Source: Octopus vulgaris
Lineage: Eukaryota
Assembly (NCBI GenBank): GCA_951406725.2
Contig: OX597831.1
Span: 82,274,001-82,338,000 of the forward strand
Reading direction: 5' to 3'
DNA length: 64,000 bases
The position numbers and the translations under genes were made by a program. Below are positions 28,817 to 42,035 of the stretch, piece by piece. Below the pieces are notes generated by a model, which did not search any database, had not been told where the DNA came from, and was given only the letters and a program-made list of their open reading frames with translations. Within the stretch, counting starts at the first letter, position 1, and each line of letters begins with the position of its first letter.

Positions 28817-29339
28817 TCTTCCCATTGCGCTAATATCTTCACACAAATTGCATTTGACATATTTACTTGTATTCCTAGTCTGACGTCCAATCCCGTATGA
28901 ACCAACTTTCGCTTATTCTATTCCGGGATCACTAAGACAAGTACCACTTGTTATTTAGCCTGAAATCAACCTAGATTGCAAAGACATGCTCAAAGCCATT
29001 TTAACCATGACCACCCATCAAAGGACAAAAGATTTTACAAAAAATAGTAATATCTATTGTGTCATTTCCGTATTTACAACGGTAGCTGAAGGAAATTTTG
29101 CAAGTTAGCCGACCACACACACACAGGATCCCTCGTTGGCTGCTATTTCTAGCAGGTCAACGAACAACTCCATTTTTCATCCTGTGGTCAAACTACAGAA
29201 ACCTTTCGTCTTCCCAGTTGTCGGAAAGTGTGAATATCTAATATAAAAAAAGGATGCGAGTGTGTATATATCTATGTGGAAGGAGTTTACGTGTGCCTGT
29301 GTGTGTGTGTGTGTGTATGCGCGCGCGCACACACACACA

Positions 29340-29384
<45 letters not shown>

Positions 29385-29392
29385 GCACACGT

Positions 29393-29729
29393 ATTTCGGG
29401 GGAAAGAGAAAATCAATTACAGCGACCGCAGTTTTATCGACTCCGAAAGGATGAACGGCAAAGTCAACCTCAGCGGTATTTGAACACAGAACGTAAAGAC
29501 AAACGAAATACCTATTTCTTTACTACCCACAACGGGCTAAACACAGAAGGGACAAACGGATTAAGTCGATTACATCGACCCCAGAGTGTAACCGGTCCTT
29601 AATATATGGACTCCGAAAGGATGAAAGGCAAAGTCAACCTCGGCGGTATTTGAACACAGAACGTAAAGACAAACGAAATACCGGTGAGTATTTTGCCCGC
29701 TGTGCTAACGATTCTGCCAGTTGGCCGCT
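29393..29729 (-). mobile_element. Dimeric SINE family B
   Basis: Duplicated ~75-bp body (29437-29512 / 29607-29682) around a tail segment. Confidence 0.7.
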
Positions 29730-29827
29730 CTCGGGATGTGAAATATTGACACGTGTTGTGTACATGAGAGAGAATATGTTTGTGTTGAGATGCGAAAGAA
29801 TGTGTTTCATTGCCTCGTGCGTGTGTG

Positions 29828-29869
<42 letters not shown>

Positions 29870-30040
29870 CAAAACTAGAAACTGTCCTTCCTAAATTAAA
29901 AGACGTAGATATAATTTGAACCTGAAATCTTAGATAACAAATATAAGCTATTTTTATTTTGTTTCTGGTGGATTGGAGTAGTTGCCATCTTCTCTTTAGA
30001 GGGCCTCAAAAGTGCCTGAATAATAAATTCATTTTCTACT

Positions 30041-30090
<50 letters not shown>

Positions 30091-30226
30091 CTACCTATCT
30101 ACCTACCTATCTATCTATCTATCTCTTTATATACTATTCTCCCTCATACACTCACATACACAGCTCTCTCTCTCTCTCTCTCTCTGTCTCGCTCTCTCTC
30201 TATCTATCTATATCTGTATCTGTCTG

Positions 30227-30324
<98 letters not shown>

Positions 30325-30379
30325 CCTTCATATATTATTCTCCCTCATACGCTCACATACACAGCTCTTTCTATCTCTT

Positions 30380-30428
<49 letters not shown>

Positions 30429-33376
30429 CTGCCCTCACTCCCTTTGCAACCTCTGACTAACACAATTCTACAAAAAGGGAAGAAGCCTCACAATATATAA
30501 ACAAAAATATTACAGTTAAACCGAAATTAGATCAATCATGGAGATTTGGGGATAGAATTTAGAAAATGGGTCCAAGCAAAAATGGGAAAATGCGTCAGGC
30601 ACTTTTCTAGTCAATCGTTAGACGAACACATCACAGGTGGGGAAGTATAGTAAGTAGTTTGCTTCCCAGCCCCAAGGTTCCGTGTTCAATTCTACTGCGT
30701 AGCATCTTGAACAGGTGACTTTTACTATAACCACGAGCCGACCAAAGCCTTGTGAGTGGATTTGGCTAGTGGAAACTGAAAGAAGACCGTCCTGATCTTT
30801 CTGTCTGTGTTTGTACTCCACAAGCGCTTGACATCCAGTGTTGGTGTGTTTATGTTCCCGTAACTTAGCGGTTTGGCCAAAGAGACTGATAAAACAAGTA
30901 CCAGGCTTTAAAAACATAATTACAGGGGTCGATTCGTTTGATGTGTAGCAATTGATTAGATAAGTGTGTGAAATTTTTTTTAAAAGTTTTTTTTCATTTT
31001 TATCTCAGATCTTATCTACCGATTGTATTTCGATTTGTTTCCATATATTTTAGTTGCACATTGTCAAACCTGTTTCCGTCTTGAAGCATCTGAATAGACT
31101 CAGAATAACGATATAAAAATTTATAGCTTTTAAGAAGATATATGAGTCTACATGCAGTGTGCGTGTAGGCAGCATTTAAGGCATACAACCGTGTAACCTA
31201 AGTTCCACAGAAAAGGGACTTCTGTACTTCTTCAGTATAATATTTCACCTAAAAATCAAACAAACACACAGATATAACTATTTTATACACTCACGGAAAC
31301 TAAAATATGTCACGAAAAATCACTAGAGACAAATGATAGAGTACAAGCACAAACCCCTCTCTCAGCAAAGGCACTCATTAACCTCGTACCTCATAAGGCC
31401 TAAAATTTCGTTTTATAATTTTTTTTGGAATTTTTTAAAATATAGGACAGTCCAAATGTGCAGCTTGTTTCAGCTTATAATTGACCGTGACTAGTTTTGT
31501 GCTAAATCCCTTTGTTTTCGAAAATTGTGCTTGCCTTTCCATCGCACATGTTTTTTAACGCATTTGACTGAGCCTCTGCAGATTCTGAGCCCACCCAGAG
31601 GTGCAGCTGCACTGGGTAATTAATCATCACAAATTTGGCTGCTTTGTTGAAGATAAAGGGGGAGCATGTTAGAAAATCGTTAAAGACCACCATGAAAGCA
31701 AACCTTCACCAACAAAATGAAACGAATAATCAGGGCTGAAGAAATTTTCAAATTTCCTAGCAAATGGAAAAATGTGACTGGAAATGAATTAGCATCTCAA
31801 TTTTCACTCGTATCTCAAAACACAAAAGCATGAAATTTCACTTATGAAAATCTTTGTATCTTAGGTCATTCGTACCTCGAGCTGGGGCTAAAAGAAAAGG
31901 TTGCAGTCAATTTAAGTGTGGAAACCCACAAGGAATTGTGTTTTATTGAATTTCCACTGACTGATTGGCAATTTTGGTAAATTTGAATCAAATTAAGATT
32001 TCTTGCACCAAAAGGATCACCCTGATAACCCTATGCCCCTACTGTGTAGGTAGCAAATGATTCGATCTTAGGCTGAATGCAAACAAATAAACGTTTTTTA
32101 TGAAAATCCCTTGGGGGAGGGGGTCGACTTACCCATTTTTCATTTTTAATCCTACTTGAATAAAACATCCTGGGCTCTCGCTGGATAACTTAAATCAACC
32201 GAAAGCATAAAAGTAAAGCCCTTCCTAAACAGATTCATTGAATAGGCTCCAACTCTTTTATGGCACACTTAAGGAATGATAGCATATCAGGTATATTTGG
32301 TCTTTCATGAAAATCCCGCTCTCTTGTCATTCACTTGGTCTAATTCATTAATTATTCCCTGCATTTCTCAAATCAAAAGAGCGTGCACGTTTGGAAGCCA
32401 AAAAAAATGATAACGCGTCTTCGCAAAACATAAAAATGTGCAGAGTCATACAAACTGTCTGCAAAAGTGCACGTGCATTCAACCGTCAAGTGTAAAATTA
32501 TCTCCATCCAATCAAAAAACAGCTGGCAGTCTATTGGCGTATCTAGCTGTACGCACGCACTGCATACAAATTTCTATGTTTTGGTGATTTTGAATGGATA
32601 TGCCCATAACTTATGGACATAAGGGGTCGGTTTATCGATTTTTTTTTTAATGGATTTCTTTGGTGACTGGGGAAATGAAAAGATCTTCACGACCACCCTC
32701 AGACAGTTTTGAAAGCCCATAGAAAATGCACGTGAAAAACTGTGGATTTGTATAAAGGATACACAGACACACAGACATTTACTGTTTATAGATATAGAGA
32801 TTTTTTAATAGCTGAAAATCAAATTAGACGGAAGAAAATCAATTTATTAAAATCAATACTTTATTTTATTCAATAGTTCAGCTTGCAAAGTTTCATTTGG
32901 TGAATCGGGTGTTCAGAGAAATATTTATCCCTGATATAAGCATGGAAATTTTCAACAAGAAATGCATTTGTCATTTATATCTATTTTCATGTGTGGCCTG
33001 ACAGAGAGAGGCAATAAGCAGTGGGAGCAGCTGTATCAACTGACTGAAGCAAGCTGGTCTCTTTGGAAGCGATCTCTTGCAATGACCTTCGTATTATATG
33101 CAGGCAGGACAGTGTTGTTAAGAAGATCGCTTTACAGCCTTGTAGTTTGGATTAGTCTCACCGCGTGGCATCTTGAGTATGTCTTTTAGAGCCTCAGTTT
33201 GGCTGATACCTTGTGAATGAATTTGGCAGATGAAAACTGTGTGGAAGCCCATGTATACGTGTGTGTCTTTGTGTTTGTCTCCACCTCCCTCACTTAACAA
33301 CCAGTGTTGGTTTATTTCCTTTCCCATAACTTAGCAGTTCAGTCACAGAAACTAATAAAGTACCAGAACTAAAAAT

Positions 33377-35322
33377 GTAGATACTGAGATCAGATTTGTT
33401 CAAATAAACTTTTCAAAGTAATGCTCCAGCATGGCTGCAGCCGAATGACTGAAATCAGAAGAGGAGAAAAGATCTGAATGGCTTTGAGAAAGTGGTTGCT
33501 GTAAAATTGTGGAGTAGTGAGACAAGAGTGAGCTGTTTGAAGGATAAAAAGGAGACAAATTGTTGTGGACTGAGGTGGACTTACGGGAAGGTGGAAAAGA
33601 ATTCTGGATACGTAGAATGTGAATAATGAAGAATTGAGAAAATAAGGGAAATGAAGAATGGAAGATCAGGAGAACTGATGGAAATTGTGGGAGATGTGTT
33701 TAAGGCAGCAGGAAGTTAATAGATCCATAGGTTGGTGGTAAAAGGAGACTATATTCCAGTTAAAAGGCGGCGAGCTGGCAGAATCGTTAGCACGCCGGGC
33801 GAAATGCTTTGCGGTATTTCGTCCGCTGCTGCGTTCTGAGTTCAAATTCCGCCGAGGTCGACTTTGCCTTTCATCCTTTCGGGGTCAATAAATTAAGCAC
33901 TGGGGTTGATGTAATCGACTTAATACCTATGTCTGTCCTTGTTTGTCCCCTCTATGTTTAGCCCCTTGTGGGTAGTAAAGAAATATATATTCCAGTTAAA
34001 TGGGAGTTGAATATTCTCATTCTTCTTTACCAGGAAAAAGTGATTCCTTGGTCTGTGGCTCAAAGAAAGTTGGAGCAAAGTTACTGGAGCAAAGAACGAA
34101 AGCATTGGGAAAACTTTTAAAGAAGAAATCAAGCAATTGATGCTCAAAGGGATGCAATTCGGATTTATGTCTGGAAGAAGAATGGCTGAAGCAATCAAGT
34201 GACCTTAAAATTACCACAGCAGAGACAGTCTTTGTAATTAGAAAAAAAGACAGGATCCTGGCACTGTAGGGGAAATGGCTGTAAAACATTCCTTGCACCC
34301 ACTGTAAACTGGAGTGGGAGGCAGGCTAACAGGGAAAGGTAGACATTATGGGCAACAGGTACTCAGGAGCAGTAAGCTCTTGGAGATCATCTGAAGAGAA
34401 TTCTCTCAAAAGCATTGATGAACCCTGAGAATTGATTACTTTTGTTACCCAGGTGGGTGTTCAGAAAGCATGGTAGCCTGAATAAGAAAAAGTTCAGGCA
34501 ACAATTATCTCTGCTGGTAACAGTTTCTCTCTCAAAGTGAAGAGGAGTCTACATAATGCACATATTTGGAGTGTGATGATGCAGAGTAGAAAGACATGGG
34601 AACTGCAGAGGATTTGTAAAGGTTAGAAAGAAATCTGGCAGAATGTTTAAATTTAGTGAAATATAAAAGAAAAGCTGTGTATAAGTGGAATCAGATGTAG
34701 AAGGGGAAAAAAGCTGTGCTGATGCTGACGAGTGATGTTTATATAAAGAATGTCTAATTAGGAAGATGGGATGAAATGATGAAGACTGATTCAAGAATAT
34801 TGAACATCATGTAGGAGATGATAGAACTGCAATAATTGGCAATATGCATTGAAGGAGAAAAACTGTCCAACTGTACAGACATGGTTAAATGAACATTGAA
34901 TGGTGGTAGTGATGGAGGCTGTGGCCCTCACTCAGTATGTTCCTGCTGAGTTTTCCTCTGCCACCTTGGTATCCCATCACCTCTCTCTCTCACCCCCTCC
35001 ACTCTCTTCCAGTCATTGCTTCATACATTGAATATCCACCATTCCCAGAAATACTGCTTGGGTAGGGATCTTTTGGATCTGTCTAACCCTCTCGCCTTTC
35101 TCACAATCATCCATTCTGTTCTCACTGGTTTCTGACCCCTGCATAAAAATTGTCTCCTTCAAACAGCTCACTCTTGTCTCACTACTCCACAATTTTACAG
35201 CAACCACTTTCTCAAAGCCATTCAGATCTTTTCTCCTCTTCTGATTTCAGTCATTTGGCTGCAGCCATGCTGGAGCATTACTTTGAAAAGTTTATTTGAA
35301 CAAATCTGATCCCAGTATCTAC
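33377..35322. repeat. 168-bp near-perfect inverted duplication (33377-33544 / 35155-35322)
   Basis: Arms are reverse complements with 2 mismatches by eye and span a SINE-tail/flank junction. Confidence 0.9.
33765..33985 (+). mobile_element. Young SINE family B with 15-bp TSD
   Basis: ggcggcgagctggcagaatcgttagcacg...gttcaaattccgccgaggtcgac. TSD tatattccagttaaa at 33750-33764 and 33986-34000. Confidence 0.85.
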
Positions 35323-36507
35323 TTTTTTAATGGCATTAGACTTGCTGTACTCAAAACCCCCACCAACATTCTTTCTCCCCACCACACACACTTAACTCAG
35401 TCTCTACCATCCTACACTTACTTCCCTCATCCATCATCTTGCTTCTTCCATCATTTCCGTCTGTTTTTCACCCTCTCGGTCACACTGCACTGGTTGAACA
35501 AACATAACGTAATAACAACCCTCTTAGTCCTACAGAATAGAAGGACATCCTTGTTAATACTGATACCATGATAAGATGAACCCTGAACACTCTTTAAAGT
35601 AGTTGGCAAGTGAACAAACCACATAGAATCGAGAAAACCCTTTTGCCTTGTTGAGGACATGACAACCTCTCTAGAATTGGTTCTATAAAAGACATCAAGT
35701 ACATTCTGTAAAGTGGCTGGTGTTTGGAAGGACATCCAACATTAGAGAGCAAACCACAGAAGAAACATGAGCAAGATGTGGGTCCACTCGCCTATTTGGG
35801 AGGACAGTAGCTATGACTATACAAACTGACTTGAACTATAACAAACTCTCCAATCCGTGCTAACGTGGAAATCGGATGTAAAATGGTGGGGATGATGTTA
35901 GTGTTAGTGGACAAGTGTAGAAATTTGCAAAACTGATCTCCCCACTCATACCAGATGGAAACATATATGTAAACTGAATTTATATTATCCAATTGACTTA
36001 CTTGCATATCCAGATTTCATGTTTTTGTGTACAAGGACAGAATATCTTAGTAATTACAATAATGGTTTAAAATTCCAAAATGGATCTGAATATAGAATCT
36101 CAGGCTTTTTGATAACTAAGCTGAAGCTGTGACTGATTCTAAATTTATTGATTTTAATATTTGATATAATTCCAACGTGACTAAACAGAGTTTGGGTTTG
36201 AAGTTGTTTCCTAATCTCAGAATTAGTTATAATCTTTAGTCTGGCAAAATATAGCAATATTCATGGATGTCTTTTAAAAAAAAAAAATAAACTTGTAATG
36301 CATGAAGTAGAATTTTTCCAGAAATGTTTCCACTTTAATGCAATGAGCCACTGATTGGTTGATTGGAAACTTTATAACCAATCAGACGACTGCTCACAAC
36401 ATACAGAATAGAAAATAAGCATCAGTCAAGGGAAAAAATTTGTGCACGTATATATAAATATATATATGTGTGTGTGTATACGTATATGTATATATATATT
36501 TGCATAA

Positions 36508-36548
<41 letters not shown>

Positions 36549-37112
36549 CACATGTATGTACGCACACAGAAGAACCAAATTAAAAAGTCAATTAGAAGTA
36601 GGTGACCTTCTAGATGAAATTAAATAAATGAACTAAAGGCATCCTCTGCGTATAAGTCTTAGAAAATTCTCTACAGCTTCAGTGATTCAGTAATTGTGTT
36701 CGTATAGCTACGATAATTTAATATACAACAACAATAACAACAAAGTCAACACTTCAGTGGACTTGTTAGAGCCTCTTGCAGTCATTCTGGATTTAATTAT
36801 TCTACAGACTAAAATAGGAAAGATTCCAAGGGGTGTCTCTTGCTTTTATGATTGCTTGCCTCTAATGACATTAATAGACAACCAAATTTACTGTGATAGT
36901 CTTCATAACTGAACTTCCCTAATAGAATTATTACAATCCCATTTGAAATATATTTTAGTTGTGGTTATTGATCAATTGAAGGCTTCTGTCACCTGCATTC
37001 TGTAGAATATAATAGTTATTATTGTCATATGATGACACGGTGACCAAAGTGTTGAGGTGTTAGTCTATTTATAACAACCTCGGCTCCTTTAAAAGCAGTT
37101 GACAATTGCATT

Positions 37113-37153
<41 letters not shown>

Positions 37154-37789
37154 TTTTTGTTTTGACATGCTTCTCCTCTTCCAATCACTTTCCACTTCCT
37201 ACATTAAACACTTTATCCAAAGTTTTCCTCCCAGAACGCATTCCTTGTCTCTGTAATTCCCTCAGTCGTTGACCTACAACATTTCAAACCAAACATCAAT
37301 TCTATTGATCTCGGCAATCCTGGAAGCTCTCTCCTCCCGCCACCTCCATTGATTTATTGCTTAGAATCATTAACGGTTCCTACATTTAAAGAAAATAAAA
37401 CTAAACTTCCCTCACCTTTTGCCATCAAGCTTTTGCAACATAAAGAATGCCATGGAGTCATGATGGTTTCATCATTATATACTTCTCCAGCTCACACTTT
37501 TACAAACCAACCAGCTCCACTTTTACCTTACCCCTTTCCACCAAAGCCACTATTCCCTTCACCCCTCCATTTCATCGCTAACAGAGACTGTCAATATGAA
37601 ACTATGTTCCACCAAATTGTACCACTTCTTCCTTTCTTGGGACACTTTACACCACTAATGAAACTGTCCTTTTGCAAGTCCGTGCTATTAAACGTACGAT
37701 CTCCCTTCTGCTCTGTACCCAACTCCCCATCAGTTGTATTCCTCCCCACACATTCACTTACATCACCTTCCAGAATTTTACCTTTATCT

Positions 37790-38115
37790 CCTATGGCACT
37801 TGTGCCGGTGGCTCAGGAACAAAGCATTCGAGCGAGGTCATTGCCAGTGCTGCTAGACTGACTCCTGTGCAGGTGGCACGTAAAAACACCATTTTCAAGT
37901 GTGGCCGTTGCCAGTACTGCCAGACTGGCCCTCGTGCTGGTGGCATGTAAAAACACCCTCTACACTCTCGGAGTAGTTGACATTAGGAAGGGCATCCAGG
38001 TGTAGAAACTCTGCCAGATCAAGATTGGAGCCTGGTGTCGCCATCTGGTTCACCAGTCCTCAGTCAAATCGTCCAACCCATGCTAGCATGGAAAGCGGAC
38101 ATTAAACAATGATGG
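37790..38115 (+). mobile_element. SINE or RTE-tail repeat fragment
   Basis: attaggaagggcatccaggtgtagaaactctgcc...tccaacccatgctagcatggaaagcggacattaaacaatgatg resembles an RTE-type 3' tail. Confidence 0.5.
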
Positions 38116-38365
38116 TGACTGTTCCCATCTTACATGATATTCTGGTCAAGAAATCTGCGACCCTACCTGACCTGCAACCTCTGTTTGCTCCTACTCAATA
38201 CAGTATTAATCCCCTTCTCTAACACTACTCCTCTCCTCCATCGTTTACTTTCACTTGCACTTCTATTGATCTGCTTTTCTACATTACATTCCTCCCTTCC
38301 TGCATTGATTCAAATAGAGATGATACCCATCTCTATTTGGTTGATTACAATTTGTTTGACAATTG

Positions 38366-39800
38366 CTAGGAAGAAATTAGATAACATTATACGTAATGAT
38401 ACCAGTGGTACCTGCCCTAGATATAGAAACAAAGAATGGAATAGAATACAAAGAGCTTGTGACAAAGCAAACAGGTTGAACACGTGGTATAAAACCAACA
38501 AATATCAAGGAGTGATGTTTGTAGAGGCCACGGCCCATGGAGAACTAGCCCGTAGATTTAGAAAAGCTCTGAAGGAGACCAAACTCAACATTAAAATTGT
38601 TGAAAAGCCAGGGAACTCCATCAGATCACAACTATGTAGGACGTACCATTTTGAGAATGCCATATGCACCAATGATAACTGCATGGTATGTAGGATTAGC
38701 CCTGGCATTAACTGTAGAACTAGAAATGTAGTCTACAGCATAAGATGCATAGAAGGTGCTTGTAAGGACATGAACATGATGTACATAGGGGAGACGTCTA
38801 GGAGCATTGCGGAACGGAATAAATGAACCATCTAAGACAATATGATGACAGAAAACAGTCCTCCATGCTCTACCAGCATGCCAAAGACCACCATGGAGGT
38901 AACTTAGGTCAACTTGACATCTGCATCTTATCCAAGCACCCCAAAGACCCAACACTCAGACAAATATGGGAATACGTCCTTATAAATGAAACCTCCCCAA
39001 TATTAAATAGGAAATATACACAATAAATACCATACCTCCATACCCACAGTTTACACAGGTAGAGTAGAATAGTTAGTGGACTGTCAGGTAGATAAATGTA
39101 TGTGGGTGAGAGTGTGTATGTATACCTTTTTTTTAATAATTTTTTATTTTTTTATTTTTTTAAATTTTCTTTTATTTTTTAATATTTTTTATTTTTTATT
39201 TCTGTTTGTAAGCATTTAGATATGTAAATAAACAGATCAATATAGAGACGGATAGGTATATAGACTATAGGAACAGACAGATATGGAGACACGGATCCAC
39301 ACATGTAAAGATGCACATCCACACATACAAACATGGTACATAGTTACATAACACACACACACACAAGGAGACAGAGGTGCATACATATAGAAACACACGC
39401 TCACACACACATACATAGAAAATACACAAACACGGACAGGCAAGCACATAAATATGCAGGATACGAACATACAGATGCACACACATACATAAATACATGC
39501 ATATGCATACACACACATATATACATACATACACATGCAAACACACACACACATACATACGCATGTATGCAGGTATAGGCACACACACACACACACTGAC
39601 CCACACACATGCGCACAAACACACAAAAGGGAACGCAGTGTAAATAACGGACAGAGTCAAGACTATTGAAAAGGTTGCCAGACGCAACGAAAAATTTAGA
39701 AAATAAAAAATAAGAAATAAGTGGAAATTTTACCGGTGAGTGTGTTAAATAATAAGGTACTAAAAGAGAATGACTCTCCCCAGACACAACAGAATAAAAT
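38366..39800 (+). mobile_element. Penelope-like element 3' fragment (linker + GIY-YIG, 3' UTR, terminal repeat), sister family of the 17790-20600 element
   Basis: GVMFVEATAHGELARRFRKAL...KIVEKPGNSI...CTNDNCMVC...NVVYSIRCIEG...YIGETSRSIAER is clearly homologous to ORF 18460-18993. Frameshift near 38823. Confidence 0.85.
39663..39699 (+). ncRNA. Minimal hammerhead-like motif with U3-A8 core covariation
   Basis: CUA-UUGAAAA-G-GUUGC-CAGAC-GCAAC-GAAAAAUU|UAG. Sits 3' of the GIY-YIG ORF at the position equivalent to the 17970 motif. Confidence 0.5.
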
Positions 39801-39804
39801 CTCT

Positions 39805-40041
39805 TACGTTTATATATTTGTTGTGCAAGATTTTTGATGTGAAATCGTGTGTTGAAACAGATATTGTTGTATTTCAGAATGGTCATTTTGCCAGTTTAGC
39901 CAATAAAAACACACCTGGCCGAAATAAGATTAAGATTAATGTAAAAAATAAATAACGCTAAAGCAAAGTAACACCAAATGTATAGTGCATGTGTTTTTAT
40001 TGGCTAAACTGGCAAAATGACCATTCCGAAATACAACAATA
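39805..40041. mobile_element. Inverted pair of family-1 Penelope-like terminal-repeat fragments
   Basis: 39805-39914 matches ~17793-17901 in the same orientation; 39915-40041 matches ~17848-17975 in the opposite orientation. The two overlap as an inverted repeat of about 50 bp. Confidence 0.75.
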
Positions 40042-40904
40042 ATAAAATCTCTGACTTCCTTGAAATTTGTTTTCACTAAAACTGTTGTCCAAATGTAATT
40101 AGTCACCTTACTAAACCATAACTCATTTTCCACCTAGAAACTTCCATTGATGCCAGTATGGACATTTGTTTCCAGTGCCACTAATTCTACCAATCATCAC
40201 TTCATTCACCGTTCTGTCTGTTTTCTTTGTTTTTAAATGTCATTGGTTAATTCACTCTGGACAACAAGCTTAACCCTTCCTCTTACCACTTCTTTCCTCA
40301 ACCACTCTCACAGTCAGTCTTTTACTCTAACCATCCCCCCTCACTCCTCTTCATCTACTTTTTGTCTTTCACTCATTATCACTTACACCAGCCATTACTT
40401 GATCTATTCAACAATTGTACTGGATTGGTTCCATTCCTCTCTTAGGTTTTATATTTAGAATCTATTGTTTCACCTATTCAAAGACTTCTTAACTACACTT
40501 GTTCCAAATTATTTCAACAATATCTTTGCTTCCTTTTTTGCACATCCATCACATTTTATGTCTACAACTTCAAAATATGAAAATGCATTCTTGACTCCAA
40601 CATTACTTAATAGTAATAAGTCTAAGAATAATTCTTTCTAGTAGAGAATTGATTTCTTGTGATATTGTTGTTGGCTGGACCTTCTCACTCTCCACTCCAA
40701 GATCTTAGACAACCATAACCAAATAGCCATACATACCACTGTATTGTATCATAGTAACAGGAAAGTAATTTAATTGGTTATACACCTTTATGAGAATGGT
40801 TTTCATTCATATACACAATGTGTTGATTGTATGTGTACCCACACAGGATAAAATCCTATGTCATTAGCAAATCTGATAATCATTAAGAAACCCATAACTT
40901 TTGG

Positions 40905-41095
40905 GTGTGATCTTTATGGTAGAGGGTAGATCCACAGTTTGTGTGATCCCTATGGTATGGACTGATCCACTATTTGTATGGCTCCTATGGTATGGGCTAA
41001 CCCACTTGTTAGTGTGGCCCCTATGATAGAGGCTGATCCACTATTTGTGTGGATCTATGGTAAAAGCTAGTCCACCATTATTGTGGTTCCTAGGG
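40905..41095. repeat. Degenerate ~35-bp minisatellite (~5.5 units)
   Basis: Units like gtgtgatccctatggtatgggactgatccactattt / gtgtggcccctatgatagaggctgatccactattt. Confidence 0.75.
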
Positions 41096-41801
41096 TTGAC
41101 ATAACCCCCTATTATAATTTAATTAAAAAAAGACAACCCAGAGCAATCCCTGCACACACTGTTACAATATGTCTCCAGTAAAATATAAGGAAATCAATTG
41201 GTATTTCTGGTTGCCATGGTGGGGTTAATGAAGGCAGGAAAATCACAAACTCATTTCCCTGACATATATCAGTGTAGGCCCTTGTGGCAGTTAAGGGATT
41301 AAGCTTCAGAACAATGGCTAAAACAATGAGAATTTACTACTACTGCTACTACTACTACTACTGCTGCTGCTGTTGCTGTTGTTAAGCAACAAGACAGATA
41401 AGGGTGATTAGGTGATGGTCTAGGGCTTCGGGGCGGGAGACCCCAGACCTTGGAAAAAAACAAAAAAAAATTTTGGTCATCTTGTTGTAGTCGAGGGCTC
41501 TTCGTTGATGCCCGACACCACCGGGAGGTGGCCCCTCGAAGTTGCTGGAAATGGAAATCTCCAGGTTCAAATTCTTGGATGGCTGCTGCTGCTATCAACT
41601 GCATCATTGTAATTGAGTTCACTGTTCATAAGGGTGGTGAACAGCAATGATGATGATGATGATGATGATGATAGGCGTTTACTTGAGAAACAAGGTAAAT
41701 AAGTCACAACAAAAATATATTTTTTAATAATCTTTATTGTCAGAAAAAAGCTGACCAAATAACAGAACCCGAAAAAAAAAAAAAAAAAGAATGACTATTA
41801 G

Positions 41802-42035
41802 ACATTGATGCTTGAGGAGTATCAACATTGATGTTGTTAGGGAGGATTGTTGAAATGACGAGTACCTCTATCAACATTGATGTTTTTGGGGAGTATCAAC
41901 ATTGTTTGGGGAGCATTATTGAAATGATGAGTTCCTCTATCAACATTGATGTTCAGAGAATAACAACACTGATATTTGGAGGAGTATCAATGTTGATGTT
42001 TGGGGGAGTAGTGTTGAAATGATGAATTACCTCTC
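41802..42035. repeat. Higher-order tandem repeat built from tatcaacattgatgt and ttgaaatgatgagtacctc subunits
   Basis: atcaacattg recurs four times plus two degenerate copies; ttgaaatga(c/t)ga...cctc recurs three times. Confidence 0.75.
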
